Shown here one piece after another: positions 36,971 to 46,276 of a DNA stretch of 64,000 nucleotides. The stretch is taken from positions 21,225-85,224 of IMG/VR virus record IMGVR_UViG_3300048597_000624. One strand, given 5' to 3'. The stretch comes from a virus. Made by a program: the position numbers and the translations under genes. Below the pieces are notes generated by a model, which ran no database searches, was not told the DNA's origin, and was given only the letters and a program-made list of their open reading frames with translations. Each line of letters starts with the position of its first letter. The first letter of the stretch is position 1.

Positions 36971-38191
36971 TTACGCCGCGATATACCGCACGCCGTTCCC
37001 TGGGGTGGGACTCATCGCATAGGTTCGCGCCGGGTCGGCCGGGTCGCCGTGCGTGGAGTGGATAATCGCCCGTTCGCCCGGCCCGAGTTCGTAGCCGCTG
37101 GATGCGTCGACGTCAGCATCTCCGATGTACACGACGTCCTCGTTCGTCGCGTCGGCGATCACTTCCAAGCGATCGTCACACGGAACCGACTGGCCGTTGA
37201 TCGACAATGGGAACGCCTGCAAGTCTCGCGAGGCACCGATCCGCTGGTTGCGAGCAAAGTTGTGCAGGAACCGCCGGAAGTCGAGCTTGAGCGTGTCGGC
37301 TCCTCCAGTGGGCAGGTCGCACACTTCGCAGATATCCGATTCGCTGGGGCGCGCGTACTCAATGTCGTCGAGGTAATCCGCCAGCATGTGGTTGACTGTT
37401 TCGAGCTCGGTCGTGGATATCGGCTTGTTCGGGTGAATCTCGTCTTCCTGGAACGCGAAGGTCGAGTCGTCTCCACCCTCGTGCATCTGGATGACCTGGC
37501 CCCCCAGCGTGATCGTGTCGCTGGCCAGCAGTGTGGCGTAGAGCGAATCGAAATCGATCATCGGAATGCGACGTCGCTTGCACTCCAGCCGGATGCGCTC
37601 ATTCAGGCGGTGGATCGCCGCATCGACCAGCAGCCGACCCGACGCATTGGGGAACAGTCCCTGCACGTAAGGCGACTTCGAGTAGCTGATGCAGTTGCCG
37701 ATGATCGGATAGCCCGTGCCGTAGCCGAGGTAATCATCAACCCCGCCGAACAGCGCCCGGAAGGCTCCATCGAGGTAATCATCGATCGTCGATTGTGCCC
37801 AGCGGCCGAGGTAAATCGACTCATACGCGACGTTCTGCAGCGGGCTGAAATCGTTCTCCAGGATGCGGAAGATCGCGACGTTCGACGTTCCCGCTTCGAG
37901 CAGAGCGCCGGCCCCCACGTCCAACCCGAGCACCGTGCGATAAATCTGATCGCCAAACAGTCCATCCACGCGATAGGCCGAAGTGACAGTCGCGCCGTGC
38001 TTGCCGGCGTAGACGTTCGCGGTCGCGCCGGCAACGGCCAGGTTGTACGGCCGGTTCGAGCCGTCGAGTTCGCCGTACCAGTCCGGGTAATACTCGATGC
38101 CCAGGTCGTACCAGTGCTTGGCGTAGACTGGAGCGGCCGCCGCGGTGAGTGAGTTGCCGACTCCACAAGCTTTGCCGACTAATGCTGGCAT
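36971..38191 (-). CDS. SGNH/GDSL hydrolase with C-terminal small beta domain
   Basis: Probable start 38191; blocks GNSLT, NLAVAGAT, END, DEIHPN. Confidence 0.7.
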   Translation of the reverse strand: MPALVGKACGVGNSLTAAAAPVYAKHWYDLGIEYYPDWYGELDGSNRPYNLAVAGATANVYAGKHGATVTSAYRVDGLFGDQIYRTVLGLDVGAGALLEAGTSNVAIFRILENDFSPLQNVAYESIYLGRWAQSTIDDYLDGAFRALFGGVDDYLGYGTGYPIIGNCISYSKSPYVQGLFPNASGRLLVDAAIHRLNERIRLECKRRRIPMIDFDSLYATLLASDTITLGGQVIQMHEGGDDSTFAFQEDEIHPNKPISTTELETVNHMLADYLDDIEYARPSESDICEVCDLPTGGADTLKLDFRRFLHNFARNQRIGASRDLQAFPLSINGQSVPCDDRLEVIADATNEDVVYIGDADVDASSGYELGPGERAIIHSTHGDPADPARTYAMSPTPGNGVRYIAA

Positions 38192-38195
38192 GGGA

Positions 38196-39362
38196 TCACA
38201 GGCCTCCCAGCGAGCCTTGGTCGTAGGCGAAGGCCACCACGTCGCCCACCACTCCCGAGCCGAACGTGAGGATCGCACAGTTGTGGTTCGACTCGTAGCC
38301 GAGCGTGCCGGGATCCACTTCGCCCGAGAAGGCTACCGTCGGCACGCCCGTCTTGGTGGTGCGCGTCGTGACGAGATACTTCGTCCCGTTCATGCGAACC
38401 TGCACGTAGCGGGTGGAGCCAGCAGTCCAGACGCCAGCTTGCGTGTTGAGGATCGTCCCGGGGGTGCCGGCGACGACCGGACGCAGGTTGAGATTGCCCG
38501 TCGTCAACTCGCGCTCCAACAGCAGGCCGGTCGTTCCGGCGCCGTCGAGCCGAAATCCTAAAAACTCATAGCCGCCGGTGAGCGGGTTGGAGGCGGTGAC
38601 CTTGAAGTCGATCACGGTATCCGCTTCACCCAAATCGAACTGAGTTCCCGACGAGAGATTGCCCGAGTTGGCGTAGAGTTCGGCGATCGTCACGCCAGCA
38701 ATGGGGATCTTCCAGTTGTCGAACGAGCCGACCGCGCTGTCGTTGGCCACGGCGGAATAGAGCGTGGCGTCGGCGTTGGAGAACTCACGCAGCAAAAGCT
38801 TGTAGGTCGAAGAGAATCCGCCCCCCTTCGCGAGCATCCATGAGCCAGCGGCCCCCAGCACGATCGCAAAGCGGTAGTCATTGCCGGTGGCGATGGAGCC
38901 GACGTTGACGTTCGAGCCAGCCAGTCGAGCTTGCAGCGTGCCGGCGGACCCTCGCAGGCCTCCGCGCGGAGAGTTGTTGATCGTGGTCGAGTTCCACCAG
39001 CCCACGTACCAGTTGCCGGTTGTAGAGAGATTCAGGTCGACCGCCATTGCCAGTCCAGCGGTACGAGTTTGCGAGGTGGAAAAGTACGCGGCCAGGTCGG
39101 CGGTTGAGGCGGACGCCTGCGCGGTGAACGCGAGCCGACTCGATGCGATCGCCCAAGTGCCGTCGGCCTGAGTGAGAACCAGAGCACCTGGCCCGGGCTC
39201 CGCGGTGCGCGGGGTCGCGACTGGCGAGGCGTCGTCCGTGGTGAACTGATCGAACAGGATGTTGGTTTCAGGCGGCACGAACGGTTCGCCGGCCGGGCTG
39301 GAGAAATACTCGCGCCGACCGCCACCGGATTTGGTCGAGCCTGCCGAACGAAAATAACCCAT
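38196..39362 (-). CDS. Beta-sandwich (lectin-like) virion-associated protein
   Basis: 388 aa Thr/Gly/Ser-rich beta composition. Confidence 0.6.
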   Translation of the reverse strand: MGYFRSAGSTKSGGGRREYFSSPAGEPFVPPETNILFDQFTTDDASPVATPRTAEPGPGALVLTQADGTWAIASSRLAFTAQASASTADLAAYFSTSQTRTAGLAMAVDLNLSTTGNWYVGWWNSTTINNSPRGGLRGSAGTLQARLAGSNVNVGSIATGNDYRFAIVLGAAGSWMLAKGGGFSSTYKLLLREFSNADATLYSAVANDSAVGSFDNWKIPIAGVTIAELYANSGNLSSGTQFDLGEADTVIDFKVTASNPLTGGYEFLGFRLDGAGTTGLLLERELTTGNLNLRPVVAGTPGTILNTQAGVWTAGSTRYVQVRMNGTKYLVTTRTTKTGVPTVAFSGEVDPGTLGYESNHNCAILTFGSGVVGDVVAFAYDQGSLGGL

Positions 39363-39386
39363 CAGGGCACCTCAGCGCCTCAGTCG

Positions 39387-39665
39387 TCAGCGAACGATGT
39401 AGCACACGCCCTGGCTGCCCGTAGAGGCGAACAAGTAAATCTCGGCGGGGTTGGCGAGGTTGCCGTGTACCGACTTGACGAACACCGATTCTCCGGCGGC
39501 GATGAAGACGCCAGTGCCAGCGTTGACGTCGGGACCGCCGACCCAAACCAAATCGTCATTGTCGACGAGCGCCTTGATGTCCACCCCATCGACGGCGAGT
39601 GCGGAGGGCCCAAGGGCGACCGCTTCGTCCTCGATCTCGAGTTTTTGGCCAGTGACGAGAGCCAT
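39387..39665 (-). CDS. Small beta protein, paralog of the SGNH C-terminal domain
   Basis: KALVDNDDLVWVGG..V.AGTG..IAAGE aligns with ADATNEDVVYIGD..V.ASSG..LGPGE. Confidence 0.7.
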   Translation of the reverse strand: MALVTGQKLEIEDEAVALGPSALAVDGVDIKALVDNDDLVWVGGPDVNAGTGVFIAAGESVFVKSVHGNLANPAEIYLFASTGSQGVCYIVR

Positions 39666-39669
39666 GTGA

Positions 39670-40065
39670 TCACCGCTCCTTGTCGGCGGGTTTCTCGGAA
39701 GAATCAGGAGATTCGAGCTTCGGCGGCTCCGTGATGATCACCGTGCCCATGCCGATGATCTTGACCGTCTCGCCCGTCTCAGAGTTGACGAAGGCCGTGT
39801 CGGTTCCGCCCATGCCCGAAGCGTGCTTGATGATCTTCGAGGCGTACCAGACGGTTTTGGAGCCGACAGGCATCACGAGCAGCACGTGCTTGTCAGTTGG
39901 GTTGACGCGCTGGGGCTGTGGGTTGCGTCGATGCTGAGGCGGGATGTCGATCGCATGGGCGGCGCTGTCGATCGTCCGTCCCCCAGCGAGCACTGCCCAC
40001 AAGATCAGGCAGGCGGCAACCGCGGCGACCATCTCACGCGACACCAGCTTCGTGATTCGATCCAT
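39670..40065 (-). CDS. Membrane-anchored hypothetical protein
   Basis: Probable start MDRITK at 40065 just after attenuator D; one TM. Confidence 0.55.
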   Translation of the reverse strand: MDRITKLVSREMVAAVAACLILWAVLAGGRTIDSAAHAIDIPPQHRRNPQPQRVNPTDKHVLLVMPVGSKTVWYASKIIKHASGMGGTDTAFVNSETGETVKIIGMGTVIITEPPKLESPDSSEKPADKER

Positions 40066-40075
40066 GCAACCCACC

Positions 40076-40143
40076 AACGAAAAAAGCCCGCAGGATGCTT
40101 CGCCGTGAGGCGGCACGCTGCGGGCTCGAGGTTTTCGATACCC
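40076..40143 (-). promoter_or_regulatory. Repeated attenuator element, copy D (covariant)
   Basis: GGGTATCGAAAACCTCGAGCCCGCAG...CTGCGGGCTTTTTTCGTT. Confidence 0.75.
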
Positions 40144-40167
40144 GTTCGGTTGTTTGTTCGGGAGGTC

Positions 40168-40197
40168 AGGATAGGCGCGAGGCGGCGGCGAAGTCAA
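40168..40197 (-). promoter_or_regulatory. sigma70-like late promoter
   Basis: TTGACT-18 bp-TATCCT directly upstream of attenuator D. Confidence 0.6.
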
Positions 40198-40231
40198 GCG
40201 AGTTCGCCTAAGAGGGCCGCAAAACTATCCG

Positions 40232-40963
40232 CTACGCATCCACGATCTTGATCGGCTTGCCACTCCCGCTGGCAGGCTCGACCAGCAGCACCTGCCGTTC
40301 GGTTTTGTGGCCATCCACGTTCACGGTGATGACGCCGCGCGTCCCGCGAGGTAGCGCGACGGGATTGCTAAAAACGATCTCGTCCGGACCGACGTGGGAC
40401 AGGCAATGGAGGTCGGTGACGGCGAAGGAGAGGACGACGCGCGCGGAGTGGGACTGAGAATGAGATTCGCCACTCTTGTCGCCTGCCTCCTCTGGCGTGA
40501 TCGTAACCCAAGCCTGAACTTGAGAGCCGAATCTCATATCGACCCATGGCATCCAGTCGGCGTTGTCGTAAACGTACACGTCCTTCGAGTTGTTGTTGTG
40601 CTTTCTGATCGCCGCGTCAACGTAGAGTTGCCGCTCTGGTCGCATGTATGTTCGGACCTGCCTGAGAAGATACTCCTTCAAGTCTGGATCGCACTTGTCG
40701 AGCAACTTGTGATAGATCAGGAGTCCAGGACTTCGCAGGCCGTTTGGCATTGTTGCCATGGCTTCGAGTTCTTGGATCGTTGGAGTTTGTTCCGCATGTC
40801 TCAGTAGCACGTAGAGGGCTTCGAGGTCTTTGCTGTCGAGCTGCAACGTTTCGTTTGCGGAGTCAAATTTGCTGGCTTCGTGATCGCCACGAAGTCTGTC
40901 AATTGCTTCCTGAACGGTTTGTTCCTTGCGACGTGCTTTGCGTTCATCATCCGTCGGCTTCAC
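40232..40963 (-). CDS. Hypothetical protein
   Basis: Probable GTG start at 40963 overlapping upstream stop. Confidence 0.5.
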   Translation of the reverse strand: MKPTDDERKARRKEQTVQEAIDRLRGDHEASKFDSANETLQLDSKDLEALYVLLRHAEQTPTIQELEAMATMPNGLRSPGLLIYHKLLDKCDPDLKEYLLRQVRTYMRPERQLYVDAAIRKHNNNSKDVYVYDNADWMPWVDMRFGSQVQAWVTITPEEAGDKSGESHSQSHSARVVLSFAVTDLHCLSHVGPDEIVFSNPVALPRGTRGVITVNVDGHKTERQVLLVEPASGSGKPIKIVDA

Positions 40964-41724
40964 TCCGCACCGCCTTTCTGGCGGTCCAGTATCTCCGACA
41001 GCCAACTCGGAATTCGTTGCGGATGATAGTACGCTTCCATTGCCAAGCGTACACGCTCCCGCTCCTTCCGCACCGCCTCTTGCACCTTCGCTTCCACGTC
41101 CGCCCCGGCGTTGATTTGTGCGGCAAGTGATTCCCCGTCCCAGTCTCGAATTGACTGAGCGTGCCAACTGCTACCGTCCGATCCTTGGATATCTACACCA
41201 GAACGCCTAACCGTTGCCCAAAACATCGCCGCTCTCCTTTCGCTGGTTGATTGCAACCGACAATTCGCATGCGGCTGAGAAGAATGCACCGGACAGCCCG
41301 TGCAACTCCTCTGGCAAGTCATCCAATGCGGAGCGTGAGTACATGCTCACTATGTCTGCCAACATTCCTATTCGACTTCCGGCATGGAACAGTGCCGTTG
41401 CAACTGCCTCGTCAAAGTTAGGGCAGGTCGCCGTGAACGATATTGCGCATTGCCGCTCGTCTGGCTCTTGCGCAATCGTTACCGTCCATCTACCTTCCCG
41501 CAGGTCCATCAGGGGGCTCCTTTCAACTCTTCGTCTCTTCTCCTTCTCCAAATACTTCCGTCCGCTCTCACTACCTTGTCCTCATTCAACCTTTTCCACA
41601 TAAACTCTCCGCAATCTTTACAAACCACCGTATAGATTTTGTCCGGTGCTGGGTCAGTAGTAGGCTCTACATTGCTGGACCTACAACGGTGGCATGTAAC
41701 CGGATCGCCTCTGTCAAATAGAGC

Positions 41725-43122
41725 CATCCCCTCACTCCTCCCGCCGCAAGTGAACGCCTTCGGAAATTGCAATCGCCAATCGTTCAAGTATGCCATCAGC
41801 AACCGCGTTGTACTCATGGTCGCCTGACTGCAATGGAAGTTGTTCCCGAAAATACTTGATTAACTGCAAGATTGGCTCTCTCTCGCTTAGGTCCATCACG
41901 CCAACTCCTTCGGTACGTCAATCTCAAACGTAAACGGCTGCATCACATGTCCTTGGTCAAACGCGAGTAGCCACGTTGCCGCTTTGATCGGCATTGGTGC
42001 TCGGTGGTAAGTCTGCCCCCAGATCAGCGATGCAAACTGATGGCACACTGTTACCTCTGTGGGACGGAATCTACGCTGCAAGGCTCGTGCAATCGGGCAC
42101 GTTCGGCAGTTAGCCCGCAGGCCCGCTGCAATATCGCCTTTGGTTACTCGAATCTTCACTGTTACCTCGTCCACAATCACTCCTCCCGCCGCTTGAACTT
42201 TTCGGTCGGCTCCTCGTCGCCGTTATCAACTCGCGCTTGGCGATAAGCGTCCCGACATGGCTCGCACCAGTCGCCGTCGGTCACGCCGTGCTCGCAAATT
42301 CCGGCATTCTCCAAGTGCTCTTGGTAGGCCTTGTGGATCTCAGCCGCGCACTCAATGCACACGAATCCGCCTCGCTCCAGGACAACGCCGTCATTGCCAC
42401 CAAGCACCGTCGCCACCTTGCAAACGTCGCAATGCACGGTGTCCTCGATCACAGCATTGTCGAATTCTTCCTGCGTTGGTTGGTCCCAGCTCATGCAATC
42501 ACTCCTCCCGCCGACCTACGGCAGCGTCTCGCCAACATTCACGCCAACACTTCCGTCACCTTCGCAATTTGGGCAGAACGGTTCTCCGTCCTCATCCTCT
42601 TCCATCGGATAGCCGCACTGATCGCACATATCCATCCCCTCACTCCTCCCGCCGCGATGGGCTGAAAAACTCGACGGGGCAGCACTCTCCGTCGTACAGC
42701 GGTTCACGGCAAATAGGACATTCGCCATATACGTGCCCGTCGATTTCGCAGACCGCTTCGCAATCGTTCTCAGACGCAAACAGCACCATTTCCGCCATCT
42801 GCTGCCACTGCTCGTCGGTTGCTTTTCCGCTCTTGAAAAGATCGATCACCTTTCGCTTGTACTCGCTAATATCCATCGCGCCGCTCCGTAAGAATTACTT
42901 CTCGACCCACGTATTTGCCCATGGATGCTTGCCGTTCAATCGCTGCTCGTGATACCTGATCCAGTCGTGGGAATAGGCGCTGATGTCCCGCACTTCCTGC
43001 CGAAGCTCGACTACCTCTTTGCGAAGTAGTCCTAAGCCGGCAGCCATACAGGCCAACGCAACAGCCAACAGCAGACCTCGAATTGTGAATCGCACAATCA
43101 CTCCTCCCGCCGCAATGGGCTG
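41725..43122 (-). repeat. Five dispersed copies of gene-junction repeat (G)CGGCGGGAGGAGTGA
   Basis: tcactcctcccgccg on plus strand near 41732, 42177, 42499, 42640, 43098. Confidence 0.85.
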
Positions 43123-43344
43123 GGCTTAAATTCTCACTCCGTCACGCTCCACCAGCGCGAAGCGAGTCGGCCACCATCCGTAATAGTCCTTGAAAAACAC
43201 ATACCCGCCGTGGATTTCGGCGACGGTGTATTGCTTGCCTTCACTGATTTCATGTCCTGGAAGGTATGCCCCTTCGCCTGGAAGGCATTCGATAACATCG
43301 CCTACCTCTGGAGTCTCTCCAGTTTCGTAGGTTGAATCGTCCGT

Positions 43345-43622
43345 AGCCATCACTCGTCTCCGCTCGGGCTGGGGTTCGTTGGTTAGTCCGGCACTTTGAT
43401 TCCGTTCTCTCGCCCCCATAGCATCATCGCATCCTGGCACCTCTCAGCTTCGTCAAGCTTCTCCTGTGGAGTTCCTGCCGCGCGAGCCAATTGAATCCAG
43501 TATCCGAGAATCCGCGGAGCTAACTGATCCTTGGCCCGCAGTACAAAAATCGGTTCGTCAGGGCCAACTTGTTTCAGCGTAGGACAACTATCACGAAAAG
43601 CCATCACTCGTCTCCGCTCGGG
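43345..43622 (-). repeat. 24-bp direct repeat at two gene junctions
   Basis: agccatcactcgtctccgctcggg at 43345-43368 and 43599-43622. Confidence 0.85.
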
Positions 43623-43920
43623 GTGGGGGTGGTTGCGCAATAACATTCCTGGCAAAGATTCTTCGGACCCGGAAGGATTGCGAAGATATCTCCCTCTTCG
43701 ATGGTCTCGCCGCATTCGTCGCATGGCTTTGGTTCGCATGCGACTGCCTCTTCGGCGTTGGAGAACAACGCGCACTTTTCGCAGCAATAGTCGCCAACCC
43801 AATCAAGCGGCATCGCTTTAAACCGGTGGTCGAGACAGACTGGCGCTTCGCAGTTGTCGCAGCGACAGTCTGCGATTTGGTCGCAGTGGGTGCAATCGGC
43901 GTGGCCGGATTTGATTCGGG

Positions 43921-44598
43921 TCATAGCTCAACCTTTCGGAACTCAACCGCCCACACCCATGGATTCGACTTCCACGGGCAACGCTTGCGATTGATGCTAT
44001 CCCACAGATCAATGAACGCTCGTCGATAGCTTCCCCAGTGGATCGAATCGCCGTCGGTGATACCTTCGGCGCGAATTTCGTCATCGGTGATCTCGTGCAA
44101 ACGATGGGCGCGAACACTGATGATTTCCAGCGTGAGACGCGAAGCCCAGCGCGGCATGTGGATCGAGGGAGTTGGCTTCCAGCCGTGCTCTCGGCACCAT
44201 TCGACGTCGATGTCGGTCATGTCCGCGCGATACATCACAGGCGGCCAGGTGTCGGCGCCTTCGCGGAGCATGCGATTTGTTCGCTCGGGGCGAAGGTAGC
44301 AGGACTCGCGCACCCAGAGTTGGTCTCCTGGGCCGCCGTATGGGCAGGCCAATCCCCATTCGCCGTTGTTGTCGTAGCAGCCAAATATTTCCGACCCAAC
44401 AACTTCTTGACCACGACGATTCGTGATCGTTGGCTCGTACCAACCGAACGTAACGTCGTCCGTCGGCGGCTGTGGGTTGAGCATCCGCCGGGTCTGCGTC
44501 TTGCGACCTTCGCGAATCGCGCGAACCATCCGCCCGCTGTAGAGCATGGGGCGAATGCGGATTTGCCGGGGTGCGGTCTTCGTCTCAAACATCTCCAA
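43921..44598 (-). CDS. ASCH/PUA-like phage protein
   Basis: RPMLYSGRMVRAIREGRKTQTRR, CPYG.PGDQLWVRE, WKPTPSIHMPRWASR, NPWVWAVEF. Confidence 0.8.
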   Translation of the reverse strand: MEMFETKTAPRQIRIRPMLYSGRMVRAIREGRKTQTRRMLNPQPPTDDVTFGWYEPTITNRRGQEVVGSEIFGCYDNNGEWGLACPYGGPGDQLWVRESCYLRPERTNRMLREGADTWPPVMYRADMTDIDVEWCREHGWKPTPSIHMPRWASRLTLEIISVRAHRLHEITDDEIRAEGITDGDSIHWGSYRRAFIDLWDSINRKRCPWKSNPWVWAVEFRKVEL

Positions 44599-44827
44599 TC
44601 AACTCCTGCATCTTCCGTCGGGCTTCGGTGCCAATTCGAAACGCGTGATCGTACAACGCTTCGTCCGGAACCCAGTTGTCAACCTGCATGCCGGTAATCC
44701 CGTGAATCAACCCGATCCGGTAAGAAGGGTCGCAAACTCCAAGCCTGGTTGCCAGTGTTGCGGCCTGCGCGTAATCCAGATTTCGCCATCCTCGAAGCAC
44801 GTCTTCGACTCCAAGAGTTTTTGCCAC
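44585..44827 (-). CDS. Hypothetical protein
   Basis: 80-aa ORF with GGAGG SD. Confidence 0.5.
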   Translation of the reverse strand: MAKTLGVEDVLRGWRNLDYAQAATLATRLGVCDPSYRIGLIHGITGMQVDNWVPDEALYDHAFRIGTEARRKMQELIGDV

Positions 44828-44921
44828 TGCAATCCTCCACGCCGCGATGAGCTAACTCCCGGCCATCCGTTCCGGGAGTTAGACCACCGCGTTCGCTCAA
44901 GGTCGTCGATCGATCAAAAAA

Positions 44922-45692
44922 TCACACGTCGTCCAGGTCGTCGTCATCGTCGTCGGCATCATCGTCGTCGCCGTCGTCCGAATCGTCGTCGTCATCGTCG
45001 TCCGGGTCTTCGTCGTCGTCCTCGCCACCGTCGAACAGCCCGACCGTCCCGCCGTTGTCCAGCGGCATGTCCTTCGACGTCTTGGCGAGCTCGGTGATCG
45101 CTTCCACGATCAACCGGCCGTTGCGTTTGGCGAAGTGCGGCAGCGAACTGCTGTCGATCGATCCGATGCTCATCGAGAGCGTCGAACTGATCTGCTTCGC
45201 CGACACCCGGTAAGCCTTCACGTCGAAGTCGGCCGACAGCACGGTCGAACCCTCCGACAGCGTCTGGCCGGGAGCGTTGTCGGCGCCGCCTTGCACCATG
45301 TGGGCCCGCAGCCGCTTGCCGCAGAGGTGCTCGTCGGCAGCCAACACCGGCAGCACGGCGCGGTCGGCACTGAACCCGATCGAGGCAACCTCGTCGCCGA
45401 ACGCCACCCCCTTGTAGCTCACCGGGATGTCCAGGATCGGGTTCCGCGGAGGCGTCCAGGTGCCGCCGCTCTTGGGCGACGAGTCGCGCGCCGCCGCGGT
45501 AGCCTGGGCGGGTGGCTTCGAAGCTCGCGCGCTCCCGTTCGCCGGCGGCGCCGCAGTCCCGCCCGATGCGCCGTCGGACTCGGCGAGTTTGCGACTGGCG
45601 GCGGCGCTCAGCTTGGGGCGAGGGGGAGTCTCTTTCGGCCCGCCGCGCGGCGGTCGCTTCGGTGCGGTTCGAGGCTTGGTCGTTGTGGCCAT
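44922..45692 (-). CDS. Hypothetical protein with basic N-terminus and poly-Asp tail
   Basis: Probable start MATTTK after AAGGAG; C-terminal D-rich tract. Confidence 0.7.
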   Translation of the reverse strand: MATTTKPRTAPKRPPRGGPKETPPRPKLSAAASRKLAESDGASGGTAAPPANGSARASKPPAQATAAARDSSPKSGGTWTPPRNPILDIPVSYKGVAFGDEVASIGFSADRAVLPVLAADEHLCGKRLRAHMVQGGADNAPGQTLSEGSTVLSADFDVKAYRVSAKQISSTLSMSIGSIDSSSLPHFAKRNGRLIVEAITELAKTSKDMPLDNGGTVGLFDGGEDDDEDPDDDDDDDSDDGDDDDADDDDDDLDDV

Positions 45693-45749
45693 GGATGGGT
45701 CTCCTTGGGTCTCTGGGGTCAAAACGGAACGTCAAAACAGGAGAGCTAG

Positions 45750-46260
45750 GTCAGCGCAACGCCTTAAGTTGCTCGCTAAAAACAACTTGCAAATCGGCGT
45801 TGCGCGTGTTGCGCGGGCCGCGCGGCGCGTTAAAGCTTGGCGGCGAAAAAACTTAAGTGCCGCTGTTGCGCTGTTGCGCGAAAAACGAATAGAGCCACAC
45901 ACACGCGTACGCGTATACGTGCGTGTGCGTGCGTGCGTACGCGTACGTGCGTGCGTATACGCGCGTGCGCGCCCGCGCCACGAGTGTTTATTTCGCGCAA
46001 CAAGCGCAACAACAACAACAACAACAATCAACAACATCATCTATCTCTCTCTCTCTCTTGTATTTAGGGAGCGGCAACCGGCGTTGCGCGAGGCGTTGCG
46101 CAGGCGTTGCGCGGACCGGCTTCGCGCAACACGGAATGCGTTTCTAATCGCGCATAAATCGCGCAGAAATGTTCCGGAGCATTTTTGCGCTATTTCTGCG
46201 CGATTAGGTGCGCGTTCGAATCGCGCATCTAATGTGCCGGAAATAGGCCGAGTGGTAATC
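45750..46260. repeat. Repeat-rich noncoding region, putative replication origin
   Basis: 11 copies of GTTGCGC/GCGCAAC, 77-bp alternating purine-pyrimidine tract (45896-45972), (AAC)n and (CT)n runs, directly downstream of primase-helicase. Confidence 0.6.
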
Positions 46261-46276
46261 GCGCAGGTAATCATGC

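Larger units (their letters stand above)
40960..43924 (-). other. Cluster of small accessory ORFs (e.g. 41207-41551, 41896-42180, 42177-42494, 42640-42876, 42895-43101, 43604-43924; several CxxC proteins)
   Basis: Tandem short minus-strand ORFs with overlapping stop/start codons and shared junction repeats. Confidence 0.6.

Noticed and set aside
36380-38152. Long plus-strand ORFs (e.g. 36380-38152, 27755-29026, 20841-22040, 12190-13113)
   Set aside because: Antisense shadows of well-supported minus-strand genes in GC-rich DNA, with no motifs
41725-43122. Junction repeats as a second CRISPR array or integron attC sites
   Set aside because: Spacing is irregular (about 140-460 bp) with ORFs between copies, the repeats are not palindromic, and no integron integrase is present
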